Below, piece after piece: positions 28,025 to 36,136 of a stretch of DNA of 42,558 nt. The stretch covers positions 1 through 42,558 of IMG/VR virus record IMGVR_UViG_3300034008_000127. The stretch is one strand, 5' to 3'. This DNA is from a virus. Its lineage: Duplodnaviria > Caudoviricetes. The position numbers and the translations under genes are program-made. The notes under the pieces were generated by a model. It was not told where the DNA came from, searched no databases, and worked only from the letters and a program-made list of their open reading frames with translations. Position 1 is the first letter of the stretch. Each line of letters begins with the position of its first letter.

Positions 28025-29002
28025 ATGACCAACACCACCACCCGCGACGTCCACCAGGAGGTCACCGACCGCATCGTCGCCGCGATCGAGCGCGGCACGC
28101 TCCCCTGGCAATGCGACTGGCTGCAGGGCGGCCTGCCGCGCCGCGCCACCGGCGAGCAATACCGCGGCATCAACCTGCTGCTGCTCGGCATGGTCGCCGC
28201 CGATCGCGGCTATGCTTCGCCCACCTGGGTGACGTTCAACCAGGCGAAGGCGCTCGGCGGCTGCGTCCGCAAGGGCGAGCGCGGCTCCCCCGTCGTGTTC
28301 TTCAAGCGGCTGGAGAAGACGGAGACGGCCGCGGACGGCTCGGAGGAGGTCCGCGGTATCCCCATGCTCCGCGCCTACACCGTGTTCAACGTCGATCAGG
28401 TCGACGGCCTGCCCACCGGGTACGGGGCACCCGCGCCGATCGCGCTGGAGCCGAAGGCGCGCGACCTGGCAGCGGAAGCCGCGTTGCGCAGCTCGGGCGC
28501 GGACATTCGCGAGGATGGCGGCACCCGCGCCTACTACAGCCGCCGCGACGACACGATCCACCTGCCGGCCTTCGACCGCTTCAAGGACACCGGCGGCTTC
28601 CTCGCCACCATGACGCACGAGCTGGTCCACTGGACGGGCGCCCCATCGCGCCTCGATCGCACCAAGGGCGAGCGCTTCGGCGATGCCGCCTACGCCTTCG
28701 AGGAATTGGTGGCGGAGATCGGCGCGGCCTTCACCTGCGCTCGCCTGGGCGTCGCCGGCGATCACATCGAGAGCCATGCCGCCTACGTCGCCAACTGGCT
28801 GACGGTCTTCCGCGACGACAAGCGCGCGATCTTCCGCGCGGCCGCGCTGGCCCAATCGGCCGCCGATCGCATCCTGCACGCACACGACGGGTCCGGGCCG
28901 ATCGACACGGCGCTGACCGCAATCGACGCGACGCCCGGCCGCATGCGCCAGCTCGCGGGATGCCTCGGCGACGCCGCGCGCCAGCCCGCCTTCGCTTTCT
29001 GA
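28025..29002 (+). CDS. ardC: ArdC-family antirestriction protein (ssDNA-binding domain plus zincin metallopeptidase)
   Basis: VTDRIVAAIE.G.LPW, YRGIN, TFNQA...VRKGE, YTVFNVDQ, HELVHWTG (HExxH), YAFEELVAE, HAAYVANW. Confidence 0.92.
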   Translation: MTNTTTRDVHQEVTDRIVAAIERGTLPWQCDWLQGGLPRRATGEQYRGINLLLLGMVAADRGYASPTWVTFNQAKALGGCVRKGERGSPVVFFKRLEKTETAADGSEEVRGIPMLRAYTVFNVDQVDGLPTGYGAPAPIALEPKARDLAAEAALRSSGADIREDGGTRAYYSRRDDTIHLPAFDRFKDTGGFLATMTHELVHWTGAPSRLDRTKGERFGDAAYAFEELVAEIGAAFTCARLGVAGDHIESHAAYVANWLTVFRDDKRAIFRAAALAQSAADRILHAHDGSGPIDTALTAIDATPGRMRQLAGCLGDAARQPAFAF

Positions 29003-29013
29003 GAGGATCGACC

Positions 29014-29253
29014 ATGACCTACGTTTTCCGCGACACCGAGCACACCGCGACCCTGATCGAAATGACGCCACGCGCCCTCGCCAAGCAGGAGGCGCTGCAG
29101 GACGCCGGCAGGGCAGACGGCCCGGACGGCGAAGTGTGGCCGCGATACACCCGGACATCCGCCGACCGCGCGCATCGCTGGGTGCGCGACGGCGGCCACC
29201 ACGAAACGGCGCTGTACGTCGACATAGACCGGCGCATCCGCCGCGCAGGCTGA
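29014..29253 (+). CDS. Small hypothetical early protein
   Basis: ATG with GAGG SD; 79 aa. Confidence 0.6.
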   Translation: MTYVFRDTEHTATLIEMTPRALAKQEALQDAGRADGPDGEVWPRYTRTSADRAHRWVRDGGHHETALYVDIDRRIRRAG

Positions 29254-29335
29254 CCCCACCGCGTGACGGGCCGGCCGCGGCCGACCCGTCATCCGTGGGG
29301 CCAGTCCCACACACCGGCGAAAGGGGGCCGACCCG

Positions 29336-29509
29336 ATGACCCGATATTTGATGAGCGATGGCATGACGGACCTGGACGTGTTGGTGGAGGACGGTGCCGA
29401 CTTCGACGGCAGCTTCCACGCGATCGACGTCGAGACGGGCGACACGCTGCGCATCCACGGCTGGCTGATCGACACGATCGAGCCGCTGGCAGAGGTCGAC
29501 GCGCTGTGA
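29336..29509 (+). CDS. Small acidic early protein (57 aa, not in ORF track)
   Basis: MTRYLMSDGMTDLDVLVEDGADFDGSFHAIDVETGDTLRIHGWLIDTIEPLAEVDAL; leader nearly identical to the ardC leader; stop overlaps the next GTG. Confidence 0.6.
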   Translation: MTRYLMSDGMTDLDVLVEDGADFDGSFHAIDVETGDTLRIHGWLIDTIEPLAEVDAL

Positions 29510-29820
29510 GCCGCGCCACACCCCAAGGGGCACTGGTCGCCAGCGCACGCATGGCCCGTCGTCGCCAGTATTGGGCCGAGGTTCACGACGAGCGCGGGCT
29601 GTTCCTGTCAGTCGGCACGTTCCTCACCGCAGCCGCGGCGAAGACCGAGGCCGAGCGCCGTCGCGACATGGCGCTCGCGAACGTCGACACCGTGGCCCAG
29701 CTGCTCGCCGTGCGCCTCGGAAGCCCCAAGCGCGCGGACCCCGGCGCGATCGTCGCCGGTCAGTCCGACGCCAGCCACCTGCCGCTGTTCGTGGCCGCTA
29801 ACGAGCCGGTGCTGCTGTGA
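29506..29820 (+). CDS. Hypothetical early protein
   Basis: GTGA-coupled on both sides. Confidence 0.55.
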   Translation: MSRATPQGALVASARMARRRQYWAEVHDERGLFLSVGTFLTAAAAKTEAERRRDMALANVDTVAQLLAVRLGSPKRADPGAIVAGQSDASHLPLFVAANEPVLL

Positions 29821-30026
29821 GCGCGGCAGACCTTTTTGGGCCGGTGACGCGGAAGCCGTCTCGCGTGCTGATGCATGCCGTCGACGCAGGCAGCTTCCCC
29901 CATGGCAAGGATGCCGCGAAGTTCCAGTGTCGCAAGTGCGGCCATGATAGCGGCTGGGTTTACGCCAGCCGCACCGAGGCGCGGCGAGGTGCGCCTTGCC
30001 CGGCGTGCAACGGGGATGCGGCATGA
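29817..30026 (+). CDS. Small zinc-ribbon protein
   Basis: CRKC...CPAC; coupled on both sides. Confidence 0.65.
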   Translation: MSAADLFGPVTRKPSRVLMHAVDAGSFPHGKDAAKFQCRKCGHDSGWVYASRTEARRGAPCPACNGDAA

Positions 30027-30604
30027 AGTTTCACCGCGCCTTCCGCGTCACTCCCTACGAGCCGACGTCGCGCAAGCGGGCGGCCGTGGTGAAGCGCCAG
30101 CGCCTCGACCGCGACAAGTTCCCGCTGTTCGCGGACGAGATCGCCGAAGGGCAGGACGACCCCGACCAGGTGCTGGCGGATCGCGCCGTGTCATGGGTCG
30201 AGCGTCAGCGCCAGCGACGGTCGCATCTTGCCCGCGAATGGATCGAGGCGCGCGCCCGGCTGAGCGCGTTGCCGGATGACGAACGCGCCGCGTTCATCCG
30301 CTTCTGGAACCGGTCCAAGTTCCCTAAAGACGCTGGCTACCTCAAGACGGTGCTGCACTGCTACGCTCGCGGTGATTACGTGCTTCACGACGGTGAGGTC
30401 CGCAGCGCCCACGAAATCGAATGGGAGCGCTCCAAGAAGGCATGGATCGCCGCCATGTCGGAGGCCGAGCTGGACCGGCTCATTCAGACTCACATATCGC
30501 CGCTGTTCGTTGGATGGGGCCGCGTCGAGCGCCAACGCCGGGCTGAGGCCGCAGCGATCGAGGCACCCGCACCGCGGCCGCCACGCAGAGCGGGCCGGAA
30601 ATGA
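30023..30604 (+). CDS. Conserved mobile-element hypothetical protein
   Basis: TSRKRAA...PLFADEIA...W..AR..L...WN motif; ATGA-coupled. Confidence 0.65.
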   Translation: MKFHRAFRVTPYEPTSRKRAAVVKRQRLDRDKFPLFADEIAEGQDDPDQVLADRAVSWVERQRQRRSHLAREWIEARARLSALPDDERAAFIRFWNRSKFPKDAGYLKTVLHCYARGDYVLHDGEVRSAHEIEWERSKKAWIAAMSEAELDRLIQTHISPLFVGWGRVERQRRAEAAAIEAPAPRPPRRAGRK

Positions 30605-30978
30605 CGGCCGTCTTAGACGGCCCGCCGCAGACGGGCCACCAGCGCATTCGCTACCGCGAGCGTCAGTGCCCCGAGTGCCTGACGGCCTTCGCGCCCGTCG
30701 TCGGCCACCAGCTCTTTTGCTCCACCCTCCATCGCCGCGCCTGGAACAATCGCGCGACGGTCCGAGGCGCGGTACTGGCTCCGCTGGCGATCGTCGCCCG
30801 GCTCACCCGCGCCGGCACGCGCGGCGATCGCGAGACCGGCAAGCGCGCCGCCTCGGACATGGCGCTGCTGATCCAGCGCTACCGCGACGAGGATCGCCGC
30901 GCCAACGACGGTCGCGGCCGCATGGACCAGGTCCAATACCTCCGCGCCCGCTACGCCGCTGGTTTCGACCCGCTCTAG
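30601..30978 (+). CDS. Zinc-finger-containing hypothetical protein
   Basis: CPEC...FCS..H pattern; ATGA-coupled. Confidence 0.65.
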   Translation: MTAVLDGPPQTGHQRIRYRERQCPECLTAFAPVVGHQLFCSTLHRRAWNNRATVRGAVLAPLAIVARLTRAGTRGDRETGKRAASDMALLIQRYRDEDRRANDGRGRMDQVQYLRARYAAGFDPL

Positions 30979-31265
30979 CGGAGCCAGGTGCGGACATAGG
31001 CGGCACCGACGATCGCCACGAATCCGGCAGCCTGCGCCCCGGTCAGCAGGCACATCCAGAACAGCATCGCCGCGACGCTGGCGGACTCCGCGGCGAACAG
31101 CCCCGATCCCATCACGCCGCCCATCGCCAGCAACGCTACCAGCTGCACCGGTCGGCCGCGCGCGCCCAGCACGTCCCGGCCGCTCACCCGATCACGCAGA
31201 TATTGCCAGCCGACGCCCGCCCCGACGCCCGCGAAGATCAGCATGGCCCAGCTCGTATCTGGCAT
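30975..31265 (-). CDS. Small multi-pass membrane protein
   Basis: 96 aa with about three to four hydrophobic segments; convergent with the ardC operon. Confidence 0.55.
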   Translation of the reverse strand: MPDTSWAMLIFAGVGAGVGWQYLRDRVSGRDVLGARGRPVQLVALLAMGGVMGSGLFAAESASVAAMLFWMCLLTGAQAAGFVAIVGAAYVRTWLR

Positions 31266-31306
31266 ACGGACGATGCTGCCACGGATCGGGGCGCCCCGGC
31301 AAGCCG

Positions 31307-31405
31307 CTACCGGTCCGTCGGGCTGTCCGCCGGAGCATGCGGCGGCCAGTCCGGCGGCGCCGGGCCGGGTCGCCCGCCGCAGATTGAGCAGCGATAGTAG
31401 CGCAT
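31307..31405 (-). CDS. Putative leaderless 32-aa peptide MRYYRCSICGGRPGPAPPDWPPHAPADSPTDR
   Basis: ATG lies 6 nt downstream of a TATGAT -10 box that abuts a LexA box; CxxC motif; below the ORF-track cutoff. Confidence 0.4.
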   Translation of the reverse strand: MRYYRCSICGGRPGPAPPDWPPHAPADSPTDR

Positions 31406-31417
31406 CGTCCGATCATA

Positions 31418-31432
31418 GAACGGGGCGGGAAC
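31418..31432 (-). promoter_or_regulatory. Alphaproteobacterial LexA (SOS) box GTTC-N7-GTTC adjoining -10 TATGAT (31412-31417)
   Basis: Minus strand GTTCccgccccGTTC-TATGAT in the intergenic gap after the methyltransferase. Confidence 0.65.
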
Positions 31433-31433
31433 G

Positions 31434-32015
31434 TCAGAACAGCCCCGCGACGTCGACCGGCCCGGCGCGATCGAGCAGGCCGAACCGCTGCACCGGATCG
31501 TGCCGGTCCCAAACCAGCCAGACGCAATCCATCACCGGCGCGCCGCCATCGGTGAAGTCCAGCCGCCAGGTGACGTCCCAGCGCCGGGTCGGGGCCAGGC
31601 CCGCGCGCCACAGCGCGGCCGACTCGCCGCAATTCAGGAACGTCGCCTTGAACAGCAGCGCCAGATAGTCGAGCTGCAGCACGCCCCACAGATGCGCCAC
31701 CATCGGCCGCGCGACCGCGAACGGCAGGTTGCTGATCGCCCGCTGCACCGGCGCATGACGCACCGCCAGCAGATCCTGCGCGGCGACGTCGTTCGCCGGA
31801 TCGGCGACGATGTCCGTCGCGATCGAGCGCAGCCCAAAGCTCCGCGCCACCCGCGCGATCGCGCCGCCCCGGCCGCACGGCTCCCAGAACGCGGGATCGT
31901 CATCGACCCATCCGGCTTGCCAAGGCCGCTCCGCCACCAGCAACGCGTGCGTCGCCTCGGCCGGCGTCGGGTAGAAGTCCAGCGGTCGCCGCGCCGTCTT
32001 CCCGTCCCCCGACAT
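31434..32015 (-). CDS. Phage DNA amino-methyltransferase-like protein
   Basis: DFYPTP, WEPCGRGGAI (motif I-like), SNLPF (NPPF-like), W.VWD; the frame stays open upstream to CTG at 32081. Confidence 0.75.
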   Translation of the reverse strand: MSGDGKTARRPLDFYPTPAEATHALLVAERPWQAGWVDDDPAFWEPCGRGGAIARVARSFGLRSIATDIVADPANDVAAQDLLAVRHAPVQRAISNLPFAVARPMVAHLWGVLQLDYLALLFKATFLNCGESAALWRAGLAPTRRWDVTWRLDFTDGGAPVMDCVWLVWDRHDPVQRFGLLDRAGPVDVAGLF

Positions 32016-32077
32016 CGCCCGGCCCAGCCCACGCGGCGCATCGCCGGCGAGCTGCGGGCCGGGGAATAGGTCGGAGG

Positions 32078-32896
32078 TCAGCCGAACACCATCTTGTTCT
32101 CGGCGCAGTAGCGTCGGAACGCGGCTTCGTGCAGCTCACCCGGCAGCATGTCGACGCCGGTGCCGATCGCGCCGCCCTTCCATGATCCCTTGCGCTTGCC
32201 CGCCTCCCCGCTGAACTCGATCGCGAGTGATCGGCGAACCTTCTTGGGCCAGACGAGCGACAGCCACCTCCAGTAGCCGGTGCCACGACGCCACTCGCGC
32301 TCTTCGATCCGAGTTGTGGCGATCAGCGGCTCGCCGTCAAAGTCGCGGAAGTCGAACGCGACCGTCGGCGCCAGCGCTTGAATGCGTTCCTGCTCTGCCC
32401 AATGAGCGCTACGTCCTTCGCTTGACACTCCCGCAAAAGTGCGGACCTGAGGCATGTCCGCAATGTGTTCGCCCGCCGTGCCGTAGAGGCTATGCCGAAC
32501 GTGCCGCCAGCCCATCCACGGCAGGGACCAGCCCCATCGCTGCTTAGTGCTGCTGTCGTGGGTGACGCGACCGAGCGAGACGGAAAGGTGCCCTTCGTTC
32601 AGCGAGAAGCCGTACTCACGCTTTCCCATATCCCAATAGCCGCCGCGTGGGTTGTTCGACCAACCGTAGAGGGAGGTATCCACCCACCGCTTCCAAGGCC
32701 GGACGATCTGCGGCAGGATTACGATGAAGGTGTGGCCGAACCCCATGAACCGCAGCGTGTTGAAGGGTTCGTCGTCCTCGTCTCCGTTCGTGGTCAGTTC
32801 GATTGAGAACGGTCGATAGCCGCCACGACCTTCGCGGGCGTAGATGAAGCGGCCCCAGCGATGATCGTGATCGCTCCAACGGTAGTACGCCGTCAT
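32078..32896 (-). CDS. Trp-rich hypothetical protein (accessory insertion)
   Basis: ATGA-coupled to the helicase stop; lower GC than flanks; 272 aa. Confidence 0.7.
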   Translation of the reverse strand: MTAYYRWSDHDHRWGRFIYAREGRGGYRPFSIELTTNGDEDDEPFNTLRFMGFGHTFIVILPQIVRPWKRWVDTSLYGWSNNPRGGYWDMGKREYGFSLNEGHLSVSLGRVTHDSSTKQRWGWSLPWMGWRHVRHSLYGTAGEHIADMPQVRTFAGVSSEGRSAHWAEQERIQALAPTVAFDFRDFDGEPLIATTRIEEREWRRGTGYWRWLSLVWPKKVRRSLAIEFSGEAGKRKGSWKGGAIGTGVDMLPGELHEAAFRRYCAENKMVFG

Positions 32897-34770
32897 CCTT
32901 CTTCTCCCCAAAGCGCCGGCAGCGGCACAGCGATGCAATTGTCGGGCTGCGGGCCGCTGAAGCGGGCCTTCATCGCCGGCCCCTTCTTCACGCCCTCGAT
33001 CTTGCCGAGCGACTGGAGCCAGTTGCCGTTGGCCCACTCCGTCCCCCGGAACAGGTCCAGCAGCGGTCCGCACGTCGCATAGCCGACGAACAGATAGCCC
33101 TCGCGCTTGCCCTCGATGTTGGGCAGCGGATCGCCCGCCGGTTTCCACCCGCGCGGCCCCTCCTCGACCAGGCCGAGCCGCAGGCCATATTGCTTCAGCC
33201 GCGTCCGGGCAGTCTTGTTGACCCCGCCCTCGTCGTCGGGGCTGTCGGTCGCCACGCCGGTCACGTCCATGCCGCGGACGATCCATTGCCCGATCGTCTC
33301 CGGCGCATGGCCGTGCGCGCCCGGAATCTGGCGGCTCATCAGATACGCGATGCAGCGGTCGACGTCGGTCCGCGCCTCGCTCTTGCCGCGGAGCATCATC
33401 GGTAGAATCGCGACGACGCGCCGCTTCTCCCGCCCATGCTCCGGGTTCAGCTCGCTTTCGTGCCGCGGGGCGGAATCGTCCAGCAGCATGTCGGCACAGG
33501 CCAGCAGCGTGCCGTACGTGTCCTGCCAGCGGCCTTCGAGCCCATGCTCCCAGATTTCGCGTTTATAGTCCGCCAGCGTGTCCGCGAACCGCGGCCATTG
33601 CTCGATCATCCGCCGGTGCATCTGCCGCCCGATCGTGCGCCAGTGGACCAGATCGGGCGCTACCCATTGCGCCTCGCCCTTGGGCACCTGACGCATGTCG
33701 AGGATCGCGACGCGGTTGCGCTCCTCGCCCTTCGCCAGGCTGTGCAGCACCGACGAGAACAGGAAGCAGCTCTGCGCCGTGAACTCCTGCGCCTTGTGAT
33801 CGGCGCTGCCCCGATACATTTTGCCCCCCGACGACGCCTTCTTGGCCAGGTTCAGGATTGCCCGCTGCTTGTCGGGGTTGTCGTCGGCCTCGGCCTCGTC
33901 GATCATCACCGGCAGCGTGTCGTCCTTCAGCACCTGCCGGATCGCCGCCTCGCTCGCGTCTTCCGTGTGCAGACACCAGTCCGCCAGGATCGCGCGGATT
34001 AGCGCCTGCAGGCTCGTCTTGCCCGCCGCGGTCGGGCCCGCCAGCCAGACGTGGCTCCGCCACCCCAGCGCCCCGCAGATGAACATTTGCGCGACCATGC
34101 CCACCAGCAGCAGCGGCGCGGCCTTGTCCTCCACCCAATACCATTGCCGGAACGCGGCCAGCAGCGCGGCGCCGTCCCCGGCAGAGCTGGGCGCGGGCGC
34201 GGGCGCGGGCAGGCGCTTGTCGGCGGGAAAGTACATGCCCTCGATCTCGCCCGCCGGATGCTCGGACAGCTTGGCCGGTTTGCCCTTCTTGTCCCGCCCG
34301 CCCGCGATCAGCACGCTGCGCCCCATGTGGAGCATCAGCGCGTCCTTGAACTCGCCGCCGCGGTGCGCGCCGCGGCCGAACACGATCCCTTGGGGGTCGA
34401 AGATGCCCTTGCGTTGGCAGGCGGTCAGCAGCGCCGACTGCACCTGCGCCTGGTCGAACCCCACCGGCTCCGGGCGCGGGTTGTCCTTCGACGGCTTGGG
34501 ATAGCGCGGGAAATGCTCGATCAGCCAGTCGTCGCCGCCGAAGATCAGCGTCATGTCGCCTTTCCGGCAGTCGGTCGGCATCTGGATCATCTGGTGCGCG
34601 GCATCCAGCACCCACACCTTCAGCCCTTGGATGCCCAGCGGCGTCACCGGACAGCCGGGCGGCAGCAGCACGACGTCCAGCTCGGGCGCCGCGTCCCGCC
34701 TGCGCCGCAGGTCGGGCGCCTCGACCGCGCCGTCCAGCGCGCCGCGGATGTCGTCGATACCCCCGGCCAC
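32893..34770 (-). CDS. Replicative helicase/ATPase (SF3-like)
   Basis: Walker A GPTAAGKT, Walker B VMIDE, sensor FLFSS; downstream of the primase. Confidence 0.8.
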   Translation of the reverse strand: MAGGIDDIRGALDGAVEAPDLRRRRDAAPELDVVLLPPGCPVTPLGIQGLKVWVLDAAHQMIQMPTDCRKGDMTLIFGGDDWLIEHFPRYPKPSKDNPRPEPVGFDQAQVQSALLTACQRKGIFDPQGIVFGRGAHRGGEFKDALMLHMGRSVLIAGGRDKKGKPAKLSEHPAGEIEGMYFPADKRLPAPAPAPSSAGDGAALLAAFRQWYWVEDKAAPLLLVGMVAQMFICGALGWRSHVWLAGPTAAGKTSLQALIRAILADWCLHTEDASEAAIRQVLKDDTLPVMIDEAEADDNPDKQRAILNLAKKASSGGKMYRGSADHKAQEFTAQSCFLFSSVLHSLAKGEERNRVAILDMRQVPKGEAQWVAPDLVHWRTIGRQMHRRMIEQWPRFADTLADYKREIWEHGLEGRWQDTYGTLLACADMLLDDSAPRHESELNPEHGREKRRVVAILPMMLRGKSEARTDVDRCIAYLMSRQIPGAHGHAPETIGQWIVRGMDVTGVATDSPDDEGGVNKTARTRLKQYGLRLGLVEEGPRGWKPAGDPLPNIEGKREGYLFVGYATCGPLLDLFRGTEWANGNWLQSLGKIEGVKKGPAMKARFSGPQPDNCIAVPLPALWGEEG

Positions 34771-34910
34771 GGATCAGGTGGAGCCGAACGGCCGCTGGTG
34801 GTCGCATCCCAGCGATCCGCGAACCCCGCACCGCGAACACCCCTCGCGGCTGTCCGCAACCGGCAGACGGGAGCGATCGACCGGCGGCGGTGCTGGTCGA
34901 CGACGCGCGT

Positions 34911-35300
34911 TCAGGCTCGCGGCGAAGGCCGCATTGCGTGCGGACACGTCCGCGCTATCCGCATGGCGCTGTCCCATTCCGGCCGCGCGGTCGCTTGCCC
35001 GTGCTGGAGCTGCCAGCACGACAGGTCCGTCGATCCCGCCCACACCTGCGCCAGCGTCCGTCCGTACCGATCGCGGCCCGTCCGCCTCAGCCGGATCGGC
35101 CCCAGCTTCATCGCCATCCCCAGGCTCGCACGGCTTGCCAGCGGATCGCCGGGCGCGCACCGGCGGTTCCTGCGGCAATGCCCCTTCATCTCCGGCGCAT
35201 CGATAGCCAGCAGCCTGATCCGCTCCGCCCCGCACCGGATCGTGTCGCCGTCCACGACGCGACAGGTGGTCAATAGCAGCGCCGTCAGCACGATGGTCAT
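34911..35300 (-). CDS. Thermonuclease (SNase family)
   Basis: VVDGDTI, RIRLLAIDAPE, DRYGRTLA motifs; TAAGGA SD. Confidence 0.88.
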   Translation of the reverse strand: MTIVLTALLLTTCRVVDGDTIRCGAERIRLLAIDAPEMKGHCRRNRRCAPGDPLASRASLGMAMKLGPIRLRRTGRDRYGRTLAQVWAGSTDLSCWQLQHGQATARPEWDSAMRIARTCPHAMRPSPRA

Positions 35301-35387
35301 GGACCGGGTCCTTAGCACCGGCCTGCACCTGCGCATTCACGATCATGGCCGCGAACCGCCGCATCTGCCGCTTGAAGGCGAGCCGGT

Positions 35388-35693
35388 TCACGCGCCTGTC
35401 CGCATGGCTTCGATCTCCGCCTCGTCGCGCTCCTCGGCGCGGCACAAGGCATCCGGCGCGCCGGGCAGAGCGGCGATGATCGCGTCCAGCTTGGCGTGCA
35501 GCGCCCGCCAGCTTGCCCGCGCGCTCGCCGCGCCGAACAGCACCAGCTCGGCCGTCACCACGCTGATGAACAGGTTGCTCGCGTTCGGGCTGAGCCGGAA
35601 CAGCAGAAGCCAGCCGATGTTGAACGCGAGGCAGAACAGCCCGGTCGCCACGATCGCGTCGATCCGCTCGCCGAGCGCGCGGTAACGGATCAT
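35388..35693 (-). CDS. Two-TM membrane protein
   Basis: ATGA-coupled to the HslV-like gene; two hydrophobic helices. Confidence 0.55.
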   Translation of the reverse strand: MIRYRALGERIDAIVATGLFCLAFNIGWLLLFRLSPNASNLFISVVTAELVLFGAASARASWRALHAKLDAIIAALPGAPDALCRAEERDEAEIEAMRTGA

Positions 35694-36136
35694 ATCGTGC
35701 CGTCTCGGCACGGGCGTTGGGGCTCCATGACGATGATGGTGCCGCCCGAATGTATATCGCGCCTGCAGGCGATCTCGACCGCCTCTTTCGGCCCGGCGCC
35801 CGCATCCATCGCCGCGAGGGCGAAGACCGCTCCCGAGCCGATCGCAGCGATGCGCGGGGCCTCCGCAAAGTGTCCGTCGCTATCGATCCAGAAGACCGCG
35901 CCATCGGCCCGCAGCAGCAGAGCCTCGGATTTATCCCAGACGTCCGGCTTGCCCCGCTCGCCGTCCTTGAGCCACCGCGCGAACGTGATGGTATCGACGA
36001 GCTTGCCCGCCACCCCGACTACATCGCCGCTAGGCAGGCGGCGCACCTTGGATGCATTGGTGGAGACGATTGTCTCCTGGTCGGTGACCAGCCCGTCCGC
36101 CGCCAGCGTTTTCCCGTCCGTCGCGATCGTCGTCAC
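35690..36136 (-). CDS. HslV/proteasome-beta-like Ntn hydrolase
   Basis: N-terminal (M)TTIA, AAD, K, G.AG, AIGSG, A...D..SGG conserved pattern. Confidence 0.8.
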   Translation of the reverse strand: MTTIATDGKTLAADGLVTDQETIVSTNASKVRRLPSGDVVGVAGKLVDTITFARWLKDGERGKPDVWDKSEALLLRADGAVFWIDSDGHFAEAPRIAAIGSGAVFALAAMDAGAGPKEAVEIACRRDIHSGGTIIVMEPQRPCRDGTI

